64,000 bases of DNA from an uncultured Lentimicrobiaceae bacterium (GTDB lineage: Bacteria; Bacteroidota; Bacteroidia; Bacteroidales; SKPS01): NCBI GenBank assembly GCA_964469215.1, contig CAYXYB010000012.1, forward strand, positions 17,526-81,525. The letters run 5' to 3'. The notes beneath the pieces are model-generated. The model saw only the letters and a program-made list of their open reading frames with translations. It was not told the DNA's origin and searched no databases. How positions within the stretch are numbered: the stretch's first letter is position 1; every line of letters begins with the position of its first letter. A program made the position numbers and the translations under genes. This document shows, in pieces, positions 48,801 to 57,441 of this stretch.

Positions 48801-51800
48801 AGAACTGCCATACACATAAACGGTATAATAACCTCCGCTCATATAGTTGTTTCGATACGTATTGTAATGATTAAGGGTATTGTAATCATAGATACAGGAG
48901 GTTGTTGAACTGCTGGCACCTGCTGAGATCAGCTGGTTGTTTTCAATCGTGTTGTGATCTGCACCGTTAATCATTTCCACAACCCTGCCGTAAGTGGCAT
49001 GTTTGGCTTTGATGGTAAGGTTTTTAAAGGTTGTGTAATCTGTTCCGTTAAACCTTACAGTCCAGTTATCTGCTGTACCTGAAGCGGTATATTCGATAAC
49101 AACGTCCTGGTTGCTGGTGGTGGTTCCCTGGAAGGTGATTGTATTAATGGCAGAAGCACCTACAATCTCATTCAGGGTGACCTGTTCGGTGTAGGTTCCT
49201 GCAGCAATGTTGAAGATTATGGGGCCGCAGACTCCGTAATTGTTCAATGCAGCTACTGCTGCCGAAATGCTGTTAAAGTCGTAAGTGACACCTGATCCAA
49301 TTGTTAAGATTCCGCTCATGGCTGTCTGGAAGCCAAGAACCTTAAGGGTGTCGTTAGCAGGGTTCTGGTCTGCAACACTTCCCGGGCCGGTTGTCCAGAA
49401 AACCATGTCATAAAGAACTCCACTGGCGAAGGTATAGGTTCCGATCGTAACCTCCTGGCTGGCTCCCGATGCCAGTAAAGAGGTATAAAGAAATGGTGCC
49501 TGTGAAACACCGTTTACCTTCCAGTTTACCGATGCACCAGTGAAGGCCTGAATACCGAAGTTCTTGATCTTTACCTTAATACTGGTAACAATTCCCGGAC
49601 ACACAGAAAGCGGTTCCGTTAGCTCTGAAACACCGGCATCATTGGAATAAAGCATGTACTCATCTGCTCCTATACAAGGTGTGGTTGGATGACGGGGATC
49701 TCCGTCAATATCAACAGTAACGTTTACAAGAGACGTTCCTGTGTGAAACAATGGAACAGAGTTGGTATGCAAATCTGTATTTGACAAGAAAGAGGGGTCA
49801 ACACTCATAGAGTTTAAATCCTTGCCACTGGCTGTTTGTAACGCGGCAAGGTTTGCAATGGCGGCAGCATAATATACAAAATTGTTACCTGTTGAATAGA
49901 AGTTGTTATAATCGGTTGAAGTCAGGTTGGTCGCATTGTAATAATAAGCTGCATAACCACTTGCAGAGGTGTTGCTAAATATATTGTTGATAATATTATG
50001 GCCGGTATATGATGCCGATGAGTTATACAAATAGAGGCCATATCCGGTGGCACCTGTTCCGGTAACATGCGTACTGTTATGATACAGATTTTGGTAGCTG
50101 GAATAATAATTCCTGATGGCATACCTGGTCGAAGACCCATTAACAACTATCATGTTATTGGCAGTAAGGCCCGGTAAGGAGGTTGTGCCATCACAATAAT
50201 AGATGTTTATGCCATACAACGTTGAGGTACCCGTTATCAGAATTGTGTTCCCGATAGTCTGATGGTCATTGTCATTATAATACATATAGATGCCATAGAC
50301 TGATCCGGAGCTTGCTGAGTTAATAATGGTATTGCCTTTGATTACCATGGCGTTTTGACCATAGCTGTATATACCATAATAATAGAATCCCTCAAGCTTA
50401 TTACCTTCTATCCTGTTGCCTGTTTCAAGGCTTGTGGATGAACCTCCATACCAATAAATAGCATAATAGCCATTCTTAATATTATTGTTGGTAATCACAT
50501 TATTGTTATCAAGTCCTGAACTGTTATAGATACCATAAGCAGTGCTGGTGGTGGTTGGAGGTGTTTCGATCACGCAGTTTGTAATGGTGTTGTAATCGGC
50601 TCCTCCTATGATCTCAATGACTTTTGTTGATGAGGTAACCGTGGTTTTAATAGTAATTTGCTTTATTTTGATATAGTCGGCTCCATTAAATTGCAGAATA
50701 TATGCTCCGCTGCCGGTGAGTATAACCGAGGTGCTATCCCCTGTGGCAGACTGGAAGGTGATTGTATTGACCGATGAGGAGCCTGATATATTTCCATTGA
50801 AGGTAACCTGTTCAGTATAGGTTCCCGGTGCCACATTGAAAGTCACAGGTCCTGAGATGCCTCCGGAATAGAGAGCTGTCAATGCATTGCCAAAAGAGGT
50901 AAAATCAGGTGTTGTGCCCCCAATGGTGTAGGTGCCACTCATTGTTGTGGCAAAATAGATTGTAACCTGGGAGGTGTCGTTGATGTTAAAGGTATCTGGT
51001 TGATTATTGGGCAATGATGTCCAGGCTTTGATGGTATTAAACCCTGCCGGGAAGTTAAAGCTTCCAATTGTGACATTGGCCTGGTTTGCTCCAAGTCCCC
51101 CGATTGTATCAAGCAGGGTGGTATAAGGTACCGGGGTCTGAACCACTCCGTTAACAGACCAGTTGACATTAACCGAACTGATCTGATTTGATCCGAAGTT
51201 TCTTATGGATGCTGAAACAGAATGTAAGCCCGGGGAAATCGGAGCTACCGGAGAGTTAATTGATATTACACCTGCATCATTTGGAACACCTGATGCCTGC
51301 AGCTGGTAAGTGACCGCACCTGTAAATCTCCTGGGATTGTTGGGTGGTGTAGGAGGAGGGCCACCATAGCTTGCACTGTCGGCAACTATCACAGAAAGAA
51401 TGCCATCAGTAAGAAATGACGGGTCTGCCGCTACTCCTGTCTGATAGCGTGTGTTCCCCTCAATATGAAACCCTATTCTCGTATTGGCCTGAACAGGAAT
51501 AACCGTTGTCCCGAAATTGATTGGGATAAGGGTTGTATTATCAGCTCCGGTGATAACTGCCCCGGTAATTACCTGTGCCCAGCCATTGGCAGTGGATATA
51601 TTTATCTGTCCTGGAATATGTTGAACACCACCCGTACGTACCCATACGTTTGCAGATGTTGCACCTGTAGAAAATATGCATAACAACTGGGTAATTTCAA
51701 TTGGTTGAGTACTCTCAACTTCGAAGGTGACACCTCCCGAACCGTTATTGGGAGTTAAAGGAGGTGATGTGTAAACAGTAAATGTCTGTGCTTGAACAAA

Positions 51801-51920
51801 AAGTCCGGCTGAAATTATAAAAGCCAGAAGGATTGATAATCTTACAATCCCACCACAGTTGATTTTGAATGATGGAATGATGTAAGAAAATCTGCTGAAA
51901 AATAGGTCAATTTTTTTCAT
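45876..51920 (-). CDS. giant modular cell-surface protein with T9SS C-terminal sorting domain
   Basis: 2014 aa. A CARDB-like module plus a ~400-aa parallel beta-helix-like repeat module occurs twice (NDAGVISINSP... and NDAGVSELTEP..., each followed by ...GTYTEQVT...NTITFQ...). These are followed by a third CARDB-like domain, a discoidin/F5-8-C-like segment, Ig-like segments, and the C-terminus IWPNPNSGTFSM...GIYYIRLIT...KVMIR. Confidence 0.75.
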   Translation of the reverse strand: MKKIDLFFSRFSYIIPSFKINCGGIVRLSILLAFIISAGLFVQAQTFTVYTSPPLTPNNGSGGVTFEVESTQPIEITQLLCIFSTGATSANVWVRTGGVQHIPGQINISTANGWAQVITGAVITGADNTTLIPINFGTTVIPVQANTRIGFHIEGNTRYQTGVAADPSFLTDGILSVIVADSASYGGPPPTPPNNPRRFTGAVTYQLQASGVPNDAGVISINSPVAPISPGLHSVSASIRNFGSNQISSVNVNWSVNGVVQTPVPYTTLLDTIGGLGANQANVTIGSFNFPAGFNTIKAWTSLPNNQPDTFNINDTSQVTIYFATTMSGTYTIGGTTPDFTSFGNALTALYSGGISGPVTFNVAPGTYTEQVTFNGNISGSSSVNTITFQSATGDSTSVILTGSGAYILQFNGADYIKIKQITIKTTVTSSTKVIEIIGGADYNTITNCVIETPPTTTSTAYGIYNSSGLDNNNVITNNNIKNGYYAIYWYGGSSTSLETGNRIEGNKLEGFYYYGIYSYGQNAMVIKGNTIINSASSGSVYGIYMYYNDNDHQTIGNTILITGTSTLYGINIYYCDGTTSLPGLTANNMIVVNGSSTRYAIRNYYSSYQNLYHNSTHVTGTGATGYGLYLYNSSASYTGHNIINNIFSNTSASGYAAYYYNATNLTSTDYNNFYSTGNNFVYYAAAIANLAALQTASGKDLNSMSVDPSFLSNTDLHTNSVPLFHTGTSLVNVTVDIDGDPRHPTTPCIGADEYMLYSNDAGVSELTEPLSVCPGIVTSIKVKIKNFGIQAFTGASVNWKVNGVSQAPFLYTSLLASGASQEVTIGTYTFASGVLYDMVFWTTGPGSVADQNPANDTLKVLGFQTAMSGILTIGSGVTYDFNSISAAVAALNNYGVCGPIIFNIAAGTYTEQVTLNEIVGASAINTITFQGTTTSNQDVVIEYTASGTADNWTVRFNGTDYTTFKNLTIKAKHATYGRVVEMINGADHNTIENNQLISAGASSSTTSCIYDYNTLNHYNTYRNNYMSGGYYTVYVYGSSSTVWETGTIIEGNDIVHSYYYPIYAYYQDGIQILNNRIYDGVSPYSYGIYNYYPNNAYRVTGNEVYITSTTSTASYGIRDYYGNYYSYNASPTGYGIVANNMVGITGGTAANYGIYAYYSNGTEYYHNSFLMEGGSTSSYCLYQGNTTSNTLGQTFINNTMTNRVGGYAAYFATTASVTTSNYNNFYSSASNLAYWGVLTPDLASLQAASGKDVNSVSLNPPHTSVKNLRLKGLQLSGKGTNLTQVTTDIDGKPRATYPTIGAHEIYIIPFDAGVTTINSPTTAITINEGDIVPVNVVVENYGTSPITSLSITYSVNNGTPVVTSFTPNILPGTNTSFALPSFTSPQGQIKLTFYTILSGDTNNFNDSAFFNYYALALYDGEMVEILPVTDGCGMGQDSIKILIANRGIMPINGNIIAGYKLAGSLTSVTQPVTTLIPVGDTILFVFNTPADFSVTVADSTFTIVTWVDLLNDNVLVNDTAILDVVSLHIPAPPVLTAAHVPYGTPATLVATTTYDVNWYDSDTSTTILATSPTYVTPPLTDSTTYWASAVSGSSITSVGINVAPLATANANNCSTGPCSSFNDLNYGTCGTQQVWISTSGGPTPHNDFIDFEWTVPYTIDKMVIHHGATGTRFLSGGALYTWQNNAWVYLSSFTGLPITICENEVTFPVVTTTKFRITSFELSGSQLSNPNFREIEIFTAVLPGCEGPRVPITANIIPTVTILTPDTTICEGSSINLFVALTGTPPWTLEVSDGTASTMVPGITLPTFAVPVTPTSTTTFSIINIADYTNTFFPDNVQVTITVQPAPVVSITGAADTICETSAVVLDAGSGFASYLWSDASTSQTLSITGASIGAGNSGTFSVSVTDNIGCEGSGQVTIHVIDCSGIDELLSNGTIHIWPNPNSGTFSMKISGISGEATLHIMKTTGELVKTENLILGNETIREFNLGNLAAGIYYIRLITKQGTITDKVMIR

Positions 51921-52287
51921 TTCTTTGTGCTTTGGTTAATATTGATGTGTTTTTTTTTAATGATCATTAATATTTGAAGGGCTGAACCAAATTCTCAGGC
52001 CCGTAAGATCTATTTTGTTTGTCGTTACATGCCACAGATTCCCCCGATAATTTCAAACAAACTTTATTGTCATAGACAATGACAAATGTGGCAATTTTAT
52101 ATAGCTACTTCCTGAGAAACTTACAATCAGATCCTTTACCAGAATCAGGAAGGCAATAGTTCAGTATGTAAAGGGCTTGTGGCAATATATCGAGAGTAAA
52201 AGTATAACAAAAGATCCTTAATTGCAAGAAGAACTGAAATTTTTTTTTTTTTAGCAAAATACAATCTAACTGAAACATAACAGGGTT

Positions 52288-52950
52288 TCAGTATTTCAGG
52301 TGGTAAAATAAAGTGTCGAAAACCGGCAGCACCAGGGAAACAGAATCGATGGTTGTATCTCCTCTAAACACAAGGTACGATATGGTTATCTCCTTACCTC
52401 CTTTTGATCTGCATACTGTAACACTGTCGTATTCTGTGCCGATACCCTTAACATATTTATTACTGCAGCAATCGTAACACACAGGATTATCGGAAATTAT
52501 ACGGTAGGTTATCATATCAGAACTGTTGAATGGCTTGTAATTTTGAATTCTGAGTTTTAACCAGCCCATAGGGAACAGATCAAATGCCGGACGGTAAGCT
52601 TTCCCTGAGGCTATCTCATTTAGGGTCAAAGATTCTTCAATGGTGAAATAGTTCTTCTTCACCACATGCAGTTCAAAATCACTTGCCTTAATTTTTTCTG
52701 TATTAATGCTGAATTTTCCAAGATTATCAGTTGAAGCAGAAGCAATCACAACAGGATCCGGGTTAAACATGCCCCCTTCAAAAACTTTTCCATATAGATA
52801 AACATCTGCATTATCAACAGCTATCATCTGAACAGGATCGGTAACCACACCTTCAATAATAATCCGGTCAGCATCCTTTTTACATCCGGATAGGGTAAAA
52901 ACCAAAGATATGAGAATGATCGAAAAAAAAGTGTATTGTGTCCTGTTCAT
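52288..52950 (-). CDS. lipoprotein with carboxypeptidase-regulatory-like domain
   Basis: The start is set at ATG 52950 (MNRTQYTFFSIILISLVFTLSGC, a lipobox). The longer track ORF overlaps the upstream gene. It has an IIIEGVVTDP...VYLYG motif. Confidence 0.55.
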   Translation of the reverse strand: MNRTQYTFFSIILISLVFTLSGCKKDADRIIIEGVVTDPVQMIAVDNADVYLYGKVFEGGMFNPDPVVIASASTDNLGKFSINTEKIKASDFELHVVKKNYFTIEESLTLNEIASGKAYRPAFDLFPMGWLKLRIQNYKPFNSSDMITYRIISDNPVCYDCCSNKYVKGIGTEYDSVTVCRSKGGKEITISYLVFRGDTTIDSVSLVLPVFDTLFYHLKY

Positions 52951-52963
52951 TTTAAAACAGTTA

Positions 52964-53626
52964 TCAGTTATTAAATACATAATGAATGAGGTTTGCACCC
53001 ATTCGAAGTGCTTTAAGTCGGGTTTCCTCGCTGTCGTTGTGAACTTCGGCATCTTCCCATCCATCACCAAGGTCTGCCTCGTAGGAGTAAAAGCAGACAA
53101 GCCGCCCCTGATGAAATATGCCGAAGCCCTGAGGTGGCTTGTTATCATGTTCATGTATCTTGGGCAATCCCTTCGGGAACGGGTATTTCTGGTTATAAAC
53201 GGGATGCGAGAAAGGCAACTCAACAAGTTCATATTCGGGAAATACCTTTTTCATTTGAGGCCTCACGAAGGGATCCATTCCATAATTATCGTCGATATGC
53301 AGAAAACCTCCTGCAGTAAGATATGTTCTGAGATTTGCAGCCTCCTGATCAGAAAAGAAAACGTTGCCATGACCGGTCATGTGGATAAAAGGGTAATTGA
53401 AAATTTCATCACTCCCAGGCATCACGGTCTGAGGATCTTTGGCAATATTGGTGCCCAGGTTTCTGTTGCAGAAATCAATCAGATTCGGCAGGGATGTTGG
53501 GTTAGCATACCAGTCGCCCCCACCGTTATATTTAAGAAGGGCGATCTGAACAACAGGGCTGGATACAGGGGCATTTGATGCTGCAATAAACAAAAAGGCA
53601 GAAAACAAAATGAGGAGGCGGTACAT
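52964..53626 (-). CDS. DUF4159-like secreted protein
   Basis: 220 aa with a signal peptide. The motifs LLKYNGGGDWYANPTSLPNL and FIHMTGHGNVFFSDQEAANLRTYLTAGGFLHIDDNYG are characteristic of DUF4159. Confidence 0.55.
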   Translation of the reverse strand: MYRLLILFSAFLFIAASNAPVSSPVVQIALLKYNGGGDWYANPTSLPNLIDFCNRNLGTNIAKDPQTVMPGSDEIFNYPFIHMTGHGNVFFSDQEAANLRTYLTAGGFLHIDDNYGMDPFVRPQMKKVFPEYELVELPFSHPVYNQKYPFPKGLPKIHEHDNKPPQGFGIFHQGRLVCFYSYEADLGDGWEDAEVHNDSEETRLKALRMGANLIHYVFNN

Positions 53627-53710
53627 AAAACGATCGTTTGTTTGCTTTATGCAAAGATAAGCAAAGTAATTCCCGGGTCAACGCATTACTTAGGCCTGGA
53701 AATGGATATC

Positions 53711-54430
53711 TTATACAATATGCTGATTATTAATATTAAAAGCTACGCAGGAATAAATTCCTGCTGTTTCTGTTCTGAGAATTCCCACACCCAGGCTGAC
53801 AGGCATAAATCCGTTTTCAGTTGCAGATTTTAGCTCCTCTCGTGTGAAATCACCTTCAGGCCCTATCAGGATCAGGGTGTTTTTTCCGGGCAACAGAGCG
53901 TCCGTCAGTAGTGGGGCAGGCTTTTCTTCACACCAGGCGATGAAACGCTGTTCTTCTCTATTTTCTGAGGAAATCAGCTCTGGTAATGTAACAGGGTGAT
54001 TGAGTGCTGGTAACATGGTACGCCCCGACTGCTTTAATGCCGATACTAAAAGTTTCTGATATCTCTCTTTTTTAAAAAATTGTTTTTCTGTTCTTTCACA
54101 TATCAAAGGAGTAATCTTTTCAATACCAATCTCGGTAGCTTTTTCAAGAAACCATTCGAACCGGGAGGTGTTTTTAATAAGTGAGACTGCAAGGTGCAAA
54201 GAAAAAGACCTATGGTCATGTCCCTGCTCAACCTGTTCAATATTGAGTGCACATCCGGAGAGGTTATTATCGAGTAATTTGCAGATATACATGTTTCCTG
54301 CACCATCAGTTACCGAGATCCTGTCACCTGCCTGTTTTCGCAGCACTTTCAGACAATGCCTTGATTCTTCACTGCTAAGGAAAAATCTGTCATTCTCAGG
54401 AATTACATCGGAATAAAAGAGGTTTTTCAT
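53711..54430 (-). CDS. rsmE: 16S rRNA (uracil1498-N3)-methyltransferase
   Basis: 239 aa. It has an N-terminal PUA-like region (RHCLKVLRKQAGDRISVTDG) and a C-terminal SPOUT region (LIGPEGDFTREE...VSLGVGILRTETA). Confidence 0.8.
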   Translation of the reverse strand: MKNLFYSDVIPENDRFFLSSEESRHCLKVLRKQAGDRISVTDGAGNMYICKLLDNNLSGCALNIEQVEQGHDHRSFSLHLAVSLIKNTSRFEWFLEKATEIGIEKITPLICERTEKQFFKKERYQKLLVSALKQSGRTMLPALNHPVTLPELISSENREEQRFIAWCEEKPAPLLTDALLPGKNTLILIGPEGDFTREELKSATENGFMPVSLGVGILRTETAGIYSCVAFNINNQHIV

Positions 54431-56079
54431 GACTGAAATTTTTCGGCTATCTTATTTGCTGCTCTTAATCCTGAATGTAAAGCTCCTTCGATCCATCCTC
54501 CTGCAAAGGAGACACCATCGCCGGCAAACCAGATGTTGTTGGATTCTTTTGTAAGAGCATCAAGATATTTGTGCTGGCCAGGATAAAATTGTTTGAAAGC
54601 ACCACGGTAACCGGGCATCTCCTCCCAGCTAAATCCATAGGCACTCACCACATGCGGTCTGATGGAGTCTTTCCCGTAGATCTCTTCAAGCAGATCTATC
54701 GACTTTTCGGCCCGCTCCTCAATTGTTGATGCAAGCCATTTCCTGCTGTCATCCTCCCAGGTATAGCTTGCACAGATCAACCCGGAATCTGTATCTTCAA
54801 AATCGAAGAAATAGGTTCCTCTAACCGGAAGATCACTGATGGTAGTGGTAATTTCTGATCCCTGCTCTTTCCAGAATGCCGTTTCTGTCTCAAGAAAGAT
54901 TTTCCCAGATGACATCAGGTGTGTGTTGTTCAGTGCCTGCCACTGATCGTATGACAGGAGATCCCTGCGAATATCCATCTCCATAACGATTGCCCGTGAT
55001 TGTGCAGTGATGATGATTGCATCAGCTATGAAACAGCTACCCTTCTTGGTTTTAAGGATGAGATTCCCTGTTGCATCATCCCGGTCAATTTTTGTAACAG
55101 GAGTTTTGGTCATAACCAGTCCGAGGTCTTTTAATGATAATAGCTCCCCCTCTTCTGTTTCAACCTTATTCTCATAAAAGCCATGTGCAAGCCTGTCGTT
55201 ACCACCCACTATCTCCATCTGGTCATCATCCCAGCGGCACATATTTATCCTTAGTATTTCCAGGAAGCTGACCGGGAAAAGGGGGCCGTACCCTCCTACA
55301 CCGAACCCAACCACGGCAAAAAGTTCTATCTCCTCAGAAGTCCAGTCCTGTTCAATAAGGAAATCCCTGAAGCTTTTATCGGAATAGCGGTCTGAAAGAG
55401 CTTTCCATTCAGCAGTTCTTTTTTTAGGATCATTCCACACCTTTTCCAGCTTCTCAGCAAAAGGGTGAATGGTTTTTTCCCACTTCGAATAAAGCTGGCC
55501 TACCCATGGTACCTGATTTTCCGGACTGCCGAATTCCTTCTTCCCGTTTACATAATAGCATGTTACTACATTATTGGGATTTGGAAATTTTCTGGTTTTG
55601 ATGTTGAACTTACCGAGATAATGCATCAGTGTTTTATGGACAGGAGGCACCCTCATGCTGCCCATCTCTGCATACACCAGTGGGTCTTCAAACTCCCTGA
55701 AGGTAAAGAGTCGTCCGCCGATCCTTTCCGAGGCTTCAAAGATCACAGGATAATGGCCGGCTCTGAGCAGCTCCATTCCGGCAACCAGCCCTGAAGCTCC
55801 GGCACCGATTATGGCAACTACTGCCGGTTTACCTGCTGCAGCCTGAAGCCCCGATTCTGCAAGAGAGATATAATCAAACGGATCATCCGGCATCATTGGC
55901 GGATCAAGTTTTACCGGGTCAATATATGGGTCGGTGGTTGAGGAAATTCGTTCATAAACTTCAAATTCTTGTCCTTCAACCTTTGCGGATAACTTTACCC
56001 CTTCAACACATCTAGATTCAAGCTCGAGCTGCATGTTGCCGGGCCTCTTCTGACGGTATTTTAAAATGTTGGTTAGCAT
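54427..56079 (-). CDS. flavin-dependent amine oxidase family protein
   Basis: 550 aa with the FAD dinucleotide-binding motif VAIIGAGASGLVAGMEL...FEASERIGGR and a C-terminal FAGDGVSFAGGWIEGA. Confidence 0.75.
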   Translation of the reverse strand: MLTNILKYRQKRPGNMQLELESRCVEGVKLSAKVEGQEFEVYERISSTTDPYIDPVKLDPPMMPDDPFDYISLAESGLQAAAGKPAVVAIIGAGASGLVAGMELLRAGHYPVIFEASERIGGRLFTFREFEDPLVYAEMGSMRVPPVHKTLMHYLGKFNIKTRKFPNPNNVVTCYYVNGKKEFGSPENQVPWVGQLYSKWEKTIHPFAEKLEKVWNDPKKRTAEWKALSDRYSDKSFRDFLIEQDWTSEEIELFAVVGFGVGGYGPLFPVSFLEILRINMCRWDDDQMEIVGGNDRLAHGFYENKVETEEGELLSLKDLGLVMTKTPVTKIDRDDATGNLILKTKKGSCFIADAIIITAQSRAIVMEMDIRRDLLSYDQWQALNNTHLMSSGKIFLETETAFWKEQGSEITTTISDLPVRGTYFFDFEDTDSGLICASYTWEDDSRKWLASTIEERAEKSIDLLEEIYGKDSIRPHVVSAYGFSWEEMPGYRGAFKQFYPGQHKYLDALTKESNNIWFAGDGVSFAGGWIEGALHSGLRAANKIAEKFQS

Positions 56080-56090
56080 ATCGGATAATG

Positions 56091-56222
56091 TCAGAGTGTT
56101 TCGAGATCCTGCTTTTTCCTTTTAGCCTCATATCTTTTTATTACCCAGAAACTGACCCTGAAAGTCACCCAGATGATAACCGGCCAGGATACCAGCCATA
56201 ATATTTCATGCAAATATTTCAT
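56091..56222 (-). CDS. candidate small membrane protein (43 aa), not in the ORF track
   Basis: Hand translation gives MKYLHEILWLVSWPVIIWVTFRVSFWVIKRYEAKRKKQDLETL*. It has one hydrophobic helix and a basic tail. It lies 75 nt downstream of the cydB stop and 11 nt upstream of the amine oxidase start, on the same strand. Confidence 0.35.
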   Translation of the reverse strand: MKYLHEILWLVSWPVIIWVTFRVSFWVIKRYEAKRKKQDLETL

Positions 56223-56297
56223 ATTCAATCTTATTGATTATTATTTCATTTTTTCATTTTAAAATCACATCAGAATAATTAACTCATCACTCATCAC

Positions 56298-57440
56298 TCA
56301 GTAGACGTGAGTATCCTTCCCCATCTCCTCCTCAGTGATCTTCTTCCTTGTCATTGATCTCCACACAATCACAATGTATGCAATGACGAAGGGTATAAGG
56401 AGCGAAACCCAGCTCATTGCTGTAAGGGTTGTGTGACTTGATGAACTGTTTGTAATATTCAATGAACTCTGGGGGTCGAAAGCTGATGGGTAATAGCAGG
56501 TGTTGTTAAAGCCAGCCAGGATGAACAGGGCAAAAACAGTAAGTACTGTACCTGCGCCCACGGAAGCAAAGGCAAGCTTGTGCGCCCTGAATATTCCAAG
56601 GTAGATTCCAAGGAGAACAAACACTACCCCCAGGAGCAGAATTACAGTATTCACAGGCATCTGAAGGATGTTGTTCAGATATTTATGTGCCTCAATGTTA
56701 ATGGCTCCTGTTTCGGGATTGTAAGCATATCCGTCTTTGAACATCAGATGGATAATGAAGTAGAGGAAAAATACCAGGAATGGGATGGCATTGCGGATAA
56801 TGATCCCGGGCACCATGGCTTCAACTCTTTCTGATTGAATACTTTTACGGATGAACAGAACCCCTGTGATCCTCGCAAGAAAGAATACCGAAAGACCGAG
56901 TGCCACATTATGAAAGTTAAGTACCGCCTCGAGTCCGTGTGCGGAATTGGCCCAGTATGAGCTTTTTATTCCGTGGTGACCGAATTCAACAACGAAATTG
57001 GCTCCGTTGAAGAATGTGCCTACGGCTGTACCAATGAGTATGGTTCCCATCAAACCGTTTGTAAACAAAAGCCCTTCGTAAAATCCAGGCCCGTAAATAT
57101 TTGAGGGTTTTGATCTGTATTCATAGGATACTGCCTGAACAATAAAAGCGATAAGTATCAGCATCCAGACCCAGTATGCTCCGCCGAAACTTGTTGAATA
57201 GAAGAGGGGGAATGATGCGAAGAACGCTCCCCCGAAGGTAACCAGGGTTGTAAAGGTGAGTTCCCATTTCCGCCCAAGGGCATTAATGAGTAGTTTTCTG
57301 TCGGTAGGATTTTTTCCGAGTTTATAAATCAGGGTTTGTCCTCCCTGGATAAACATCAGGAAAACAAGGGCAGCCGCCAGGATGGAAATTATTACCCACC
57401 AGTATTGCTGCAACGCTAAGTGTGATAAATTTGAAAACAT
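56298..57440 (-). CDS. cydB: cytochrome bd ubiquinol oxidase subunit II
   Basis: 380-aa polytopic membrane protein immediately downstream of cydA with a 1-nt gap. Confidence 0.85.
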   Translation of the reverse strand: MFSNLSHLALQQYWWVIISILAAALVFLMFIQGGQTLIYKLGKNPTDRKLLINALGRKWELTFTTLVTFGGAFFASFPLFYSTSFGGAYWVWMLILIAFIVQAVSYEYRSKPSNIYGPGFYEGLLFTNGLMGTILIGTAVGTFFNGANFVVEFGHHGIKSSYWANSAHGLEAVLNFHNVALGLSVFFLARITGVLFIRKSIQSERVEAMVPGIIIRNAIPFLVFFLYFIIHLMFKDGYAYNPETGAINIEAHKYLNNILQMPVNTVILLLGVVFVLLGIYLGIFRAHKLAFASVGAGTVLTVFALFILAGFNNTCYYPSAFDPQSSLNITNSSSSHTTLTAMSWVSLLIPFVIAYIVIVWRSMTRKKITEEEMGKDTHVY

Positions 57441-57441
57441 A

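Noticed and set aside
52910-53578. The 222-aa plus-strand ORF, and other long antisense ORFs (for example 26514-27020, 35395-35805, 20125-20499, 46444-46950, 43962-44459)
   Set aside because: They lie entirely antisense to, or out of frame within, well-supported genes, and have low-complexity or atypical composition with no motifs. They are shadow ORFs.
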